A DNA stretch of 64,000 nucleotides, taken from NCBI RefSeq assembly GCF_006345805.1, contig NC_042999.1:81840001-81904000 (forward strand), in the 5' to 3' direction. The stretch is from Octopus sinensis (Eukaryota). Below, piece by piece: positions 1 to 12,931 of this stretch. A program made the translations under genes and the position numbers. Below the pieces are notes generated by a model. The model was not told the origin of the DNA, searched no databases, and was given only the letters and a program-made list of their open reading frames with translations. Position 1 is the first letter of the stretch. Each line of letters starts with the position of its first letter.

Positions 1-227
1 GACGATATTCAACGTTCTAAATTTATATGTAAGACGGATGTTTGCGTGTTCAGTCAGAGAAAAGAGTAGAAATTGTAGTTGTTCAAGGTTTTAAGGTTAT
101 TTTAAAAAAGGATTTCAGTTGCACAGTTGGACTATAATTGCATTTCTGTATCTTTAGTTCCTCACTACATGTAACTGCAAAGAACCCGTCCAGCTGCTAT
201 CAAGGCTGGCTACGATCTTATTATTAT

Positions 228-293
228 CATTCTTCTTCTTCTTCTTCTTCTTCTTCTTCTTCTTCTTCTTCTTCTTCTTCTTCTTCTTCTTCT

Positions 294-325
<32 letters not shown>

Positions 326-622
326 GTTTTCTTCGTCTTCTTCTTTTTCTTCTTCTTCTTCTTTTTCTTCTTCTTCTTCTTCTTCTTCTTCTTCTTCTTC
401 TTTGTTTTATTGTATACCGAAAACAAAATGGCAGAGCGACAGTACCAATATCATCGACAGAACAGAAACCTCTTATATCAAATACCATCATCAATAAATA
501 CGCTTCCTTCGCGTAAGTATTTACAAAGGAATTATATCGTTTAATAGTTTGAGATACACAGTCGAAATGTGTAGAAGTTTAGATTTCTCCTTCTTCTTCT
601 TCTCTTCTTCTTCTTCTTCTTC

Positions 623-658
<36 letters not shown>

Positions 659-857
659 TCCTCCTCCTCCTATGCCTCCTCCTTCTCCACCTCCTCCTCC
701 TCCTTCTTCTTCTTCTTCTTCTTCTTCTTCTTCGTTTTATTGTATACCGTGTATACTTTCAATTTTTTACCGTTTCATTATATCTAAACCACTACGCTTT
801 ATGTCTGTCTTTGTTTTGCATCCCCTCATCCTTCGCCCAAGTAGCAACTAAAGAAAA

Positions 858-909
<52 letters not shown>

Positions 910-918
910 CATTATTAT

Positions 919-976
<58 letters not shown>

Positions 977-982
977 GTTATT

Positions 983-1016
<34 letters not shown>

Positions 1017-1020
1017 ATAT

Positions 1021-1076
<56 letters not shown>
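228..1076. repeat. Compound trinucleotide microsatellite block: (TCT)n, (TAT)n, (CCT)n, (TAG)n
   Basis: Directly visible: (TCT)n ~228-400 and 590-732, (TAT)n 623-655 and 860-1015, (TAG)n 1020-1075. Explains the poly-S/K/R/Y/T ORFs in the track. Confidence 0.97.
428..512 (+). CDS. Candidate first coding exon (MAERQYQYHRQNRNLLYQIPSSINTLPS), unidentified gene
   Basis: ATG in aaaATGG context at 428, open to a canonical donor TCGC|GTAAGT at 513 (phase 1). No homology recognised; could be chance. Confidence 0.25.
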
Positions 1077-1209
1077 AGAAGGGGAAGAGGTAGTGGAGGA
1101 GGAAGACGGGGAGGAGAAATGGTTATTGGTATATATTTCAATTTTTTGCTGGTGGTATTGCCATTACTCTTGCACTCATATATAAGTCTCACCATTAAGT
1201 ATCTGGACT

Positions 1210-1318
1210 GTTGCCATAGTAACAAGGCAAAAGACGCAGAGTAAAGTCGCCTAGAACAGATTGACCTTGAAATCCGCTGTGCATGCGCACTAAGTTTGAC
1301 TGTTCTAGCTCACTTCCG
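1210..1318. promoter_or_regulatory. Promoter-like motif cluster: RFX X-box, NRF1-like and ETS motifs
   Basis: GTTGCCATAGTAAC at 1210-1223 fits the X-box consensus GTNRCC-AT-RGYAAC exactly. TGTGCATGCGCA at 1278-1289 is 1 mismatch from the NRF1 palindrome. CACTTCCG at 1311-1318 is the ETS core. All lie in a locally GC/CpG-richer unique segment. Confidence 0.55.
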
Positions 1319-1374
1319 CTGTTTACAGCCGTGCTTGGAAGGAAGATGTGTAGCGTGTGATCGTCGCATTCACC

Positions 1375-1556
1375 ATGACAGACAAAGTTCTCATGGCAAT
1401 ACCTGCTCAGAAGCCTGCACAAAGTTGCAGAATGTCTATGGACAGGAGTGTATGCGATAGAGACAAGTGTACGAGTGTGTCAGACGTTTCCAAGAGGGCT
1501 GAGACAATGTCGATAGTGACGAACGCTTTGGGACAACCAGCAGAACAGCAGAAAAT
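1375..1556 (+). CDS. Candidate first coding exon downstream of the motif cluster (MTDKVLMAIPAQKPAQSCRMSMDRS...EQQK)
   Basis: caccATGA at 1375; 60 open codons in unique sequence; the frame ends at a possible donor AT|GTAATA (1557). No recognisable domain. Confidence 0.35.
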
Positions 1557-1934
1557 GTAATATTAAAGACAAAAATGAGATATTTGAGTGATATATAATT
1601 TCAGAATATGTATTCTAATTATATGTAAGATATAACTGACTTTATTGATTTTGTTAATTGTAAAATAAAATCTGGTATAATATTTCTATCTCTGTCATCA
1701 CTTATAAAATTTTTAATAAATATTTTAAGACTGGCTTTGAAAATGTGTGCATACGAATGCAATTTAAGAGCATGATTAAGGGAGAATTTATATATAATAT
1801 AATCACAAGAAATTATATTTCTCGTCAAATTATTGGTTGATAATGTCTTTCTAATGTTAATATATAGCAAACTCTAAGACGGTGAGTTGGCTAAAAACGT
1901 TAACATGCAGGGTACTCCGTCCGTCGTTGCGGTC

Positions 1935-2081
1935 TAAGTTACAATTTTGCCTAGGTCGACTTCACGTTTTCTCCTTTCGGAGTCGATAAAATAAATACCA
2001 TTTGGGTACTGAGAGTCGATGTAATCAACTTAACCTCTCACAGGAAGGAGCTTGCTGACCTTATGCCAAAATCTGAAACCA
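1935..2081 (+). mobile_element. SINE fragment, family with central GGTCGAC...CCTTTC...GTCGATAAAA core (Meta-domain-like)
   Basis: Shares core and the GCCAAAA-TCTGAAACCA 3' end with copies at 7005-7201 (+) and ~50785-50900 (-). The domain name is from memory. Confidence 0.7.
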
Positions 2082-3749
2082 GCATATAGCAAACGCATGG
2101 AAATGTACAGCCACGCAACACAAATATTACTATTGATCCCTGTAGAAATTCAAAGAAACGTTTCATCAACTAAACTGATTAACTTTTATTCAAACTAATA
2201 ATACCTTTAAGTAATAATCAAGAATTGGTGGCAATCCACTTTTTACACAGTGATAACGGAAGTGTTAAACGGAAAACATAGCAAGGTATTAAATAATTTT
2301 CGTGTCAAATAATTTTTACATTGGATGGAATAGATATAAACTTGGCCGTTGAATGGGGCCACACTTCGTTTGCACTAAACTGTATCAAGACACAATAAAT
2401 TTGTAAAAGTGGTCAATGTGCCTTAAAACCATTTTCAGATTTGTGATACAGACATTGTACCTTGTGTCTGTGTATTTTACATAAAATGAAAGGAGGTAGA
2501 GAGAGAGAGAAAGAGAGTATGAGAAGTTGCCCGGTGGTCACAAGATTTCGTATTTGGACGAATAAGAGGTATATGCCAGGACACATTATATTGTCTTCTA
2601 TATAATAGTGAAGTTCCCAAATTGTTTTAGCTATACTGGCATTTAAATTAATTGCCAGCTCTATATCAGAATCTGTGTTTCTATCTATATAAATGCGTGT
2701 GCATGTATGCGTTTACGTGCGCAGCTAATCTTGATAACGAACTGATTATCAAGTTTGAATCTATCAACACCATAACGTGATATCTTTATGAATATGTGTG
2801 AACTTACTAGTAACTGCATCACAATTCATTTTCAATAGATCAAGAATGAATATATTATTGTATTATAGTCATCATAGCACATTTTCTGCAATTTTAAGTT
2901 CCATGTCGTGTAGACAATCATCAAATAATATAAATGCCTACAAAATTGTGTTTGGCATGCGGTGTCCCAAGATGACTTGTAACATTCTGATTGGTACTAT
3001 TTCAAATTTACAGGTGCTGGACGTGTTCTTCGCAGCTAAGATATCCGACAGCCTTGATAATGACTGGACGTGTTTTTACAGTTCTAAACGTTGACGAACT
3101 GAAGATACAGAAATATAATTACAATCCGACTATGCAACTGAGATACCTTTTCCAAATAACTTTAAAATCGTGAATATCTACAATTTAAATTTGCTATTGA
3201 AAATTCTAAGCGAACATGAGAAGACATAGATAATAGTTTTAAAAACTCTCTAAACTATATCTATCAATTATTATAGATAGAATATCTAATATATTCTTAT
3301 ATATAGCAGTCAAAACTGTCATTTATTAAAATGATATTTTAGGAAAAAAGTAGGTTTAAATGAATAATCAGTTCACTAGAGAAGTAAAATATATAATATA
3401 ACAAATGTACATAAGCATCAATATCTGCTTTAAATTACCTTTCAAGAAAACAGAATAAACAACATTTGTTTAAGCCTTACACCCCCAGCCATGCTCATCG
3501 GTTATTGTTATTAAACATCGAGAGGCATTCGCATTTGGTCTGTTACAGCTGCATGAAAAATATTGTAAGCATAACAATGTGTAAATGTCCACATACAGGA
3601 AATCGAATATAAGTGCGAGACAAGCAAAATGTTCTAATGAAAATTGATCTAAAAAAAGGCCAGACCTCAAATGTTTAACACGGTTGCAAAAGTATCTTGT
3701 AACACTAAGAGTAAAATATGTTTTTACAGTCGTAGACTCTCTCGTATGA

Positions 3750-5760
3750 GTTTGCTGGGTGGGATCGGCAACGAAAAAGATTACGTCGCCCCCGCATGTC
3801 ATAAAAGGTGACTAAAATAGTTGGTGGTAGGATCTACGCTCCAGCCTCGTAAAACCTCATCAGCAACGTCTTGTACAAACCCCAAAATTCTATCTTTTGG
3901 TGAAGTATTGTAACTGCCCATAAGTATGTTGTATGAAGAGTGTGGAGCAAAGCTGACAGGACCTCCACCCCATCCGCCAAACAGGGAAGATCCTGGAGGA
4001 CAGGATGGTTTCGCGAGTTACTGCCTGAGTGCTGTAAAGGTGACATCTACCAGGAGTAGGAAATTTCGGTTCGACCTTTGGGAACCTATTCAAATGAGGA
4101 CCTGGAATGCTCCCTCTCAGAGGGATGATTCTCTGATGGCTTTGAACTCAGCCGTTTGCGAGTTACTGTGGCAACCCTATCATCTCAACTGGTGGTTGTC
4201 GCTACCACTTCTGTGAGCGCTCTTATGGCTACCATGCTGGTGGATTAGCCGGGGCGGATTGGCTGGTTCGGATGATAATAGATATAATACATGTCATCGA
4301 GCGTATTATGTAGCTTAGGATTCGTCGTTTTCTGGGTGATATCTCTTTAGGTGCAGTGTATGCTCCGACTGCTATGAGTGATATGTTAATAACGGAGACA
4401 CTCTACACTCCAGCTTTGCTCTGCCATGGAGAATATCCCCAACAGGGAAACGTCATTGTTCATAGGACATTGCAATGCATTAACTGAGATTGAGAGAAGG
4501 GGATATAAGAGCTTTGTCAGCCCTTTGGGATCCATTGCTATGGATGAAAATAGCGTGATGTTCCTGGACTTTGCCAATAGCCCCAGGACTTTGCATTACT
4601 AGATTCTGGTACAAAGGTCTTGAGCTGCATCGCTGGACTTGGTATTCCAGTAATGGATGTATGGTAAAGGAAATCGTCTACATACTTGTAGATTGTCGCT
4701 GGAGACTCTGACAGAACTTCACATTTTTAAACAGAGTGCTAATTTCTTTAGCACAGGCCACAGATTTGTTGTGATTGAGTTGAGATTGCGACTGCAGTTC
4801 AAGCAGCTGAAGGCAGCCAGAGCCTCACTGGATAATGACAGACTCAAAGACAACAGTGTAAGCAAGAGTGATTCGCAGCAACTTGGATCTGTTATCTTGA
4901 GCTGGATCTACGTATGATCCTGTGGGTAAGTGAGAAGCGTACAAGGATGCCCTATTGCTGACTGTTCGTGGAGTGTGTTAGTTTCCAAAGTCGGTCAAGT
5001 CTCTCAACATAGTGTAGTGTAGCGCCAGGTCAAGAATGGGCGGAGACCCTGGTCATTTTCGTTGGGTTAATCAGAGCACTGAGGTCCGACAGGGAAAATC
5101 AAGTCCGAGAAGTCTGCAAGGAGGACAACAATTGCCTTCACGCGTCTACCTCACGTACTGCCTACACAGGAATTGCTATGCTCAGTGGGTGAAGCCTCCT
5201 CCTCTGTATACTGGAGTCTTTGAGTCTGATGGCGCACTTCTGGTGGAGAGGAGCTGAATGTGGTGGATACCTCGCTGTGCATGCACTTCGAGGAGTTGTA
5301 TAGGGTAGACCCACCCAGTTCTGATCACAATACTACGACACCTTCAGCACTGATGGCAAACAAGCCAGTCAACTGTGATCTACTGCCCAAACTTGAGGTT
5401 CATACGGTGGGAAATCAAGTGAAGAGCAGGAATGCAGCCGATGCTTGTGACATTCGTGGAGGGATGATCAAGAAAGATGGCTTGCAACAATTGGGCTGCT
5501 ACTATGCTCTCACGCCACAGTAAGGTCTTTGCTAGGGTCTTTCTGAACAGAGTGCTAAATCATCCCTTTGCGTCTCAGCAGCCGGAGCAGTCAGGATTCA
5601 TGCCAAAGAGGTTATCTACTGATAGGGTCCTGGCTCTTTTGCGTACTCATTGGAAACAAGCCGAGCTATCGGCAGAGGATGCTTGCAGCCTATGTCGACC
5701 TCCGGAATGTATTTGACTTGGTGGATTGGGATGTGCTTCGGTGGATTCTGGATGTGACGT
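3750..5760 (+). mobile_element. Decayed RTE-clade LINE (5' region, APE endonuclease, N-terminal half of RT), 3'-truncated
   Basis: Pieces on +: LFIGHCNAL (GDFNA-like), ENSVMFLDFA, SANFFSTGHRFVVIELRL (SDH-like), QQPEQSGFMPKRLSTDRVLAL, MLAAYVDLRNVFDLVDWDVLRWIL. Many stops and frameshifts. Confidence 0.85.
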
Positions 5761-6035
5761 ACATCTCCTCAACACAATGTGCTTATGTGTGTATGAACGT
5801 ATGTTTGTATGTATGTATTTACGTTGACGTTGATTAATAGGCTATAACTTTCAATTCGTTCTTAAATATGATAGGAAACACTGAGGTGGTTATGATAACG
5901 AATAATTACTTTAAAGTTAAATCATTCATTATAATATTTTTTTTGTGAGACTATGTATTGTAATTCTCTGTTTAACCTACTATATATGTCAAAAGAGTCA
6001 GAACAGTTCGGATTATATATATATAAGAAAAAAAA

Positions 6036-6071
<36 letters not shown>

Positions 6072-6074
<3 letters not shown>

Positions 6075-6235
6075 CGCAGGAGTGGCTGTGTGGTTAGTAG
6101 CTTGCTTACCAGCTACATGGTTCCGGGTTCAGTCCCACTGCGTGGCATCTTGGGCAAGTGTCATCTGCTATAGCCCCGGGCCGACCAAAGCCTTGTGGGT
6201 GGATTTGATAGACGGAAACTGAAAGAAGCCCGTCG

Positions 6236-6277
<42 letters not shown>

Positions 6278-6495
6278 GTTTTGTGTGTCTGTGTTTGTCC
6301 CCCTAGCATTGCTTGACAACCGATGCTGGTGTGTTTACGTCCCCGTCACTTAGCAGTTCAGCAAAAGAGACCGATAGAATAAGTACTGAGCTTACAAAGA
6401 ATAAGTCCCGGGGTCGATTTGATCGACTAAAGGCAGTGCTCCAGCATGGTCGCAGTCAAATGACTGAACAAGTAAAAGAGTAAAAAGAGTAAAGA

Positions 6496-6496
<1 letters not shown>
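6072..6496 (+). mobile_element. tRNA-derived CORE-type SINE with internal (TA)/(TG) microsatellite
   Basis: Head AGGCGCAGGAGTGGCTGTGTGG (A box) and GGTTCAGTCCC (B-box-like); CORE-like CTTGGGCAAGTGTC; tail GACTGAACAAGTAAAAGAG repeats. Multiple copies in the window. Confidence 0.9.
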
Positions 6497-6561
<65 letters not shown>

Positions 6562-6710
6562 TATATATAAGAAAAAATAACAAACGATGGATAAATGTCA
6601 GTTCATTACAGCTGTTTCTTAAGCATTTTGTACTTGATGAGTGAATACATCCCATTTAAGTACCCGTTTCTCTCCGGCATACATTATATTGTTTTACATA
6701 TAGCTATATA

Positions 6711-6744
<34 letters not shown>

Positions 6745-7004
6745 CATGTATGTATATATATATATATATATACACATATATATAATATATATATTATATA
6801 TAATATATATATAATATATATATATATAATATATATATGTATGTATGTATGTATATGCACATATACGTGTCTGATGTGTGCGCACGTGTGTATGTATTTG
6901 TGAATTTGAGCGAGCGTCTGCTAAAACAGAGACACAATAAAACATAACGGTTAATTATGGCATGGAGATAAGATAACTATTATCAATATCCAGTCACTAC
7001 TTTA

Positions 7005-7201
7005 AGGTGATGAACTGCAGAATCATTAGCACGTCGAGCAGAAGCTTAGCTACATTTCTTGCGTCATTACTTTCGCCGAAGTCGACATTGCCTTTCATCA
7101 TGGTGGTATCGATAAAATAAACGGCAGCTAAGTACTTACATTGATCAAGCGAGTTACATTCTCCCCCACAATTGCTGGCATTGTGCCAACATTTGAAACC
7201 A
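7005..7201 (+). mobile_element. Diverged SINE, same family as 1935-2081
   Basis: GAAGTCGACATTGCCTTTCATC...ATCGATAAAATAA...TTGTGCCAACATTTGAAACCA. Confidence 0.7.
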
Positions 7202-8574
7202 ATATCTGGTCATTTTATTTAATCATTTGTTGAGATCAAAGAATAACCTGTGTGTAAAGATGTACTCATCAACTGCTGTAATAACATGTTTACCAGCCGT
7301 TCGATATTAGTTAGTTTTACTTCATGCATGAGAGATCGATATTGCACAGAAAATATCAACATTATCACATGCGCGTTCGTGACCTGTTTATGAAACGAAA
7401 TTACCCTTAGAGCTGTGGAGTTAAGATACACAATAATTAACGTGTAAAAATAGGTGGATGCAAATTAACGTGTAAGTTCACTAAAAATGTCGAATTTCAA
7501 GTCTAGTAAGACTAATTGGATTATAATAGGAATCACTCACGCACAAGTATATTGGAATAGAAATTAAATACTTACCGTCAACATCAGTATTATTGTTCAG
7601 CTATGATCCTTTCATGAGACACTGGTGTTTATTTGATTGCGGAAACCACAGATATTGACCGTAGATCTATATATGCAATTAAACCTTTATAGATGCTTGT
7701 CATCACGTAGTTTAATGATATATATGTGTGTGCGTATATATGTGAGGGACTGTCTGCAATTATGCACACACACACCATACACACACACACACGCACACAC
7801 ACATATATATATGTATATATATATATATATATATATACGTATAAAATCATAATGATAATTAAAATACATTACTTTTCATTAATTCACGCTTCATTCTAAT
7901 AGAAAATGACTAGACGCTATGACAGCAAAATGTAATCTTTTAAAATCTGTAACGTAATTAATAATTAATTATAATCATCTGGTATATGCATACACCACAA
8001 AATATATAAATACTAGCAGCAATACAGAAAACATATTATGCCACAGTTCCCTAAAATTTTTGCTGAAAATTATTCAGGTTAATAATTAGTTCCGAATAAA
8101 ATTTTTATTGACCATTCCTGAGAATAACGTTGGCAAACCATCAAATTATGGAAACGTTTAGAAGAATATATACTTACAAATAACAAGGGAAAATTATAAG
8201 TTACTGATCAAAACACGTTTGATGGAGATGTGTACATTGCACTGATTTTTCGTGCATTAATAAGAGTCTAAGTGTGACTGCGAACGAATATTGTATTAGT
8301 GCGCATGATTAATTGTGTGTGGTCATGCGCCTAAGAGCAAGATGTCTATGCATATTAACTTTTGTCCATTCCCGGAATGATATCATAATGTACTAAAACA
8401 ACTTATCGTATCACAAGTGTTAATACGGAAATGTTACTTGTCTTGGCTTCAATTATTAATATCTAAAAGTTAATATTTCACGGATATTATATATTAAAAT
8501 ATTGATTAATTTTATTGAGTTTGCTGTTTTAAACATTTAAAAACGACCAAACTGAGTTTATATCAAATAACACC

Positions 8575-8881
8575 GTTGTAGAAGCTTCTTCAACGGCTCT
8601 TAAGGTGGTTCGGTTATGCAGCCCGGCGTCCAGATGGTGAGCGGATACGCGATGTCTTCTTTCCACCTCCGCTTCCTAGCTGCCGCAAACGCACGGGCGG
8701 GCAGCTGAAGACCTGGTCAACGACGATAAAGGAGGACCTCTCCGAACTCTCAGATCCACAGGTGGTCGGTCTGCGCAGATGGAACCGTGACTCGCTCGCT
8801 ATCTACAGTGACCTCGCACAGGACCGTCGACCGTGGGCCGTCATGGTTCGTGATGCCGTCACAAGTACAAGTAAGTACAAG
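8575..8881 (+). mobile_element. 3' end of an RTE-clade LINE (5'-truncated) with (CAAGTA)-type tail
   Basis: Translates to LRWFGYAARRPDGERIRDVFF...GGQLKTWSTTIKEDL...RRWNRD...DLAQDRRPWAVMVRDAV, followed by ACAAGTACAAGTAAGTACAAG. Confidence 0.85.
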
Positions 8882-9737
8882 ATATCAAATACCAATCGCG
8901 AATGTGAAAAAAGTTTTCCAACCTCACCAGTCTACAATATTTTGAGCTGATAATGTAACCTATTGAGTCGGACATGGGCTAAACAATGACTTTGCCTTGC
9001 ATGCAGGTGAGCGTAACTCTACAGTCAATAAAGTTTTACAAGACAATGTTAATAGTTCAACAGTGTAGCTGGACTCTAATTTTATAGGACTACGTTGAAC
9101 TAAAATTCAGCATTTGTTATTAAAATTTACTTCCTCCACCTAAATCAGTGTTTCCAGTTTCTTAAACGTTACAAAAATATATATTTCAAGTATTTCTATG
9201 CTTATGTTTCTTCCACGTTTGTTGTTCTAAGTGGGCTTGAAATGTTTTAACTTAGGTGGCAAATAGTCAATAGTTTCTAGGAAACAGGCTGAAGAAGATA
9301 TTGCGATTTCCGCTAGAATTCAATTTGCTTTCCAGAATGTTTGAAATAAAAACACTCTAAAATATTTGTTATAAACACTTTACTCTTCGAACGCACTTAG
9401 ACAAAAGTAAGATTTCCGCACCATTTTTAGATACAGCAAGAAATATTAGAACATCGGTTGGTTAAAAGTACGAAATGTTATTAAGAATTTCATATACCCT
9501 GATCATAGAACACAAAAATGTTACAGTAAGTCGTTGTGTTCTCGTGTGAATGGATTTAATATTAAATAAAGAAATGAAGGTAAAATTTGTTATTCAATGA
9601 TTGTTTCAATAAAGAATTATTTTTATAGCATTTTATGTATGGAAATTCATTTTACGCTTGATATTAAAAATTCGTTTCCTATATTGTTTCCTATTAATTT
9701 AACATATGATATTTCTTATATGGAAGCATGAAGATAG

Positions 9738-9756
9738 ATATTTATATATACTAGAA

Positions 9757-9804
<48 letters not shown>

Positions 9805-9982
9805 ATAAATATATATATATATATATGTGTATAAATATTATATGTGTATATATGTATATACATAGGTATATTTATAGGTGTATATGTATATACATATACG
9901 TATATGTATATATACGTATGTATGTATATGTATGTAAATATATATGTGTTCATATGTGTATATATATATGTGTGTACGTATG

Positions 9983-10039
<57 letters not shown>

Positions 10040-10202
10040 ATACATATATATAAATATATATATATGCACACATATATGTGTATGTATGTTATATGCATGT
10101 GTATGCATGCATAGCTACGAAATTGATTAATATATGTGTGCGTGTGTGCGTGCATATTTACGTATATAAATGTATGTACGGGTATGTTTATGGATATATC
10201 TA

Positions 10203-10245
<43 letters not shown>

Positions 10246-10380
10246 GCATATATGCACACATGTGTGTCTGTAAGTATATAATTAAATACTTACACATATG
10301 TATGCACACATTTCCCTTTATACTTATATATATAATATATATATATAGATATATATATATATATATATATACATATATAC

Positions 10381-10411
<31 letters not shown>

Positions 10412-10424
10412 CATATATATATAC

Positions 10425-10518
<94 letters not shown>

Positions 10519-10530
10519 CAATTATATATA
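9738..10530. repeat. Long interrupted (TA)n/(CA)/(TG) microsatellite tract
   Basis: Directly visible; source of the poly-IY ORFs. Similar tracts at 6497-6900, 12860-13090, 15245-15460, 18815-18970, 34810-35250, 36120-36405, 38725-38855, 46600-46740, 47040-47330, 50200-50480, 53850-54090, 61680-61820, 63565-63960. Confidence 0.97.
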
Positions 10531-12882
10531 ACGAGAGAAAGAGAAAGAGAAGGAGGAGTAATATAAGCATATATGTTTCTGCGTCTATCTTTATTTTTAT
10601 AAATATACTTATGTATGCTAGCCTCTTGTACCCTGGGGAACTTATGTTAATTATTAAATGAATTACTCTATAAATGTTGTGAACCTGCGAACAGTTTCTT
10701 AGATTCATTTATGAACGTAAAATTCCTCACATACTCTTTCTATTTGTACGGCATGTTTAGTTGACAATTTGTGATAAATTTTCAAGTATCATTAATTGTA
10801 TAAAATCTAGCACTAAGAAACCGTTCGAACTTAATAACCTAGCTTTCGCGATACAGTGCTCAACGATAACTTTTTTCGAGAGACATCGAACAATTTGGCA
10901 AACGGCAACGCATGGGTGCTGAGTTGTGTGTTTACTACTATTTAAGAAAAAAATTTAGTACTAGAATATCCAAATTGTTCTCCAGGCCAGTAGGATGGGT
11001 GAGGCAGAAGGTGAAAAAATTTTTATTCATTCATTTATCTTCCAAGAATGATATAATATTTTACGAACTATGGTTTCCTCCATCTGTTAGTAGATTTGAT
11101 TCTCTATCCTTCATTGAAAGAGAATTCATTAATGTTTCCTCCTATTGGAAACGTTGGCATTTAGAAATGTGAAAACATAAGTGAATCTGATAGTAGTTCC
11201 ATTCCCCTATAGAATAAATACTGGAAACGTTATCAACAAAATGAAACTCACAAAAGAATTGTTATTGCGATTTTAGAACGCGCACTACACAAGTAAGTGG
11301 TGAAGAGAATCAATTAATTAATCATAACTACCTGACATAAAGATTATCCTTGAAAAATAATGCATGAAATTGAAAAAAGAAAACCCGTATCTATAAATTG
11401 CAAAATATATGATGTGGTTACACTAAAGAAGCATATGTAAAGCTTCAGCTATGCTATGTAAAACTCCGACTAGGCTACATCATATGAATAGTAAATATAC
11501 ATAGATTGAGAACCTATTCTTTGTAGGTGTTAAGGAATTCGGTCATAGATATTATACATCGCAGAAATGGAATATGAACCAGTAATCCTTTAATCAGTTA
11601 GGATGCACGTTAGCAGCTCGCTTGAAAAGATTTCAAAAAATCGTGATCTTATCAGAATATTTAACTTTCTCTTCACCTTTTGGCATTAATCGTATGAATA
11701 ACAAGAATAGAAAAGGCTTTTGACCGAATAGTAGGACGTTTATTTCATTTATTTATTCATGTTTATATTATTTTATAATCACATAAAGAACGAATGACAT
11801 TTCTCTTCCATACGAAATATTTAAACAAAATCTTTATAACACACTCTGCAAATTCCATATCAATATAAAAGATACTTTTCCTTAAGCATTCAGCAGTAAT
11901 CTTCTAGTACAATGGTGTCACATTTGCTGGATTTATAATGTTTGTACTCGCCCCGAATCAAACGTATAAAAATAAAGAAAAAAGAAACTGTTGTTATATG
12001 ACATTAAAGTTTCAAAACACACACACGCACAAATACACACACAATCACACAGAAACAAAATATAATGTAACTGGATAACACAGACGAGTGAAAAAAAATA
12101 CTAAGCCTAAAAGACTTCAGAATTTCCAAATACCATTTTTTCATGAACCTAACTTTTGCCTTCAACGCATTAACCCAACATTAATATTCAGAAAATGTGA
12201 GCAGCATTTTTTAAAAGTAATCTCTGCGCAAATATTGTAACAAATGAATAACCAACAGAGCATTATTTCTTACTGACTAAACAATCAGAGACGAGAAAGA
12301 GAGTTCTCTGTTTTTAATGCGAGTTATTCGTGCATTATGCAAACTTATGAAATCAATGCATGGCAAATAATGTTTTTCTCTCTATTGCGACTTTTCTCGC
12401 TTTAAATCTTTATTATCCACCCATAATTCTTTATCTATTTTCTGTTTTTATATTTCTCGTCCTTATGTTTCTCTCTCACACTACATATTATATCGCTCCC
12501 TCACTATATTTATTTCAGAATCACTGTTTATTGCTTTATCTTCTGTATACTTATAATTTTCTTTGCGTATAAATGTATCTAATTATCTCTATTACTTTCA
12601 GTTAACTTACTGGGAATAAAAGAGTTGCCATAGCAAACATAGATGGCATGAGTGGGAATGGGAATTGTATAGCACATGGATTACATTATATTGCATTTTA
12701 AACATATATTAAGTGTAGTTTTATGTATATTTGTTCACGATGTTTCACTTCTATTTCGTTTTATTTTAGTTGCTGTTGAAAATTTCGGAATGAAGGAGTA
12801 TATATTTTTCAGATCAGTATATTTATCTGTGTGTGCAGAGACAGAAATGCGTATAGAGATATATTCGTATATATATATACAC

Positions 12883-12931
<49 letters not shown>

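Noticed and set aside
1140-1410. Similar peptides MSARVMAIPP (minus) and MTDKVLMAIPA (plus) diverging from the promoter
   Set aside because: The similarity is just an 11-bp ATGGCAATACC match overlapping X-box-like half sites; the minus ORF stops after 13 codons.
11066-12700. Possible minus-strand two-exon mini gene (MPSMFAMATLLFP | EETLMNSL...GGNHSS*)
   Set aside because: No valid coding acceptor upstream of 12611 and the product would be ~55 aa with no homology; the splice sites may be chance.
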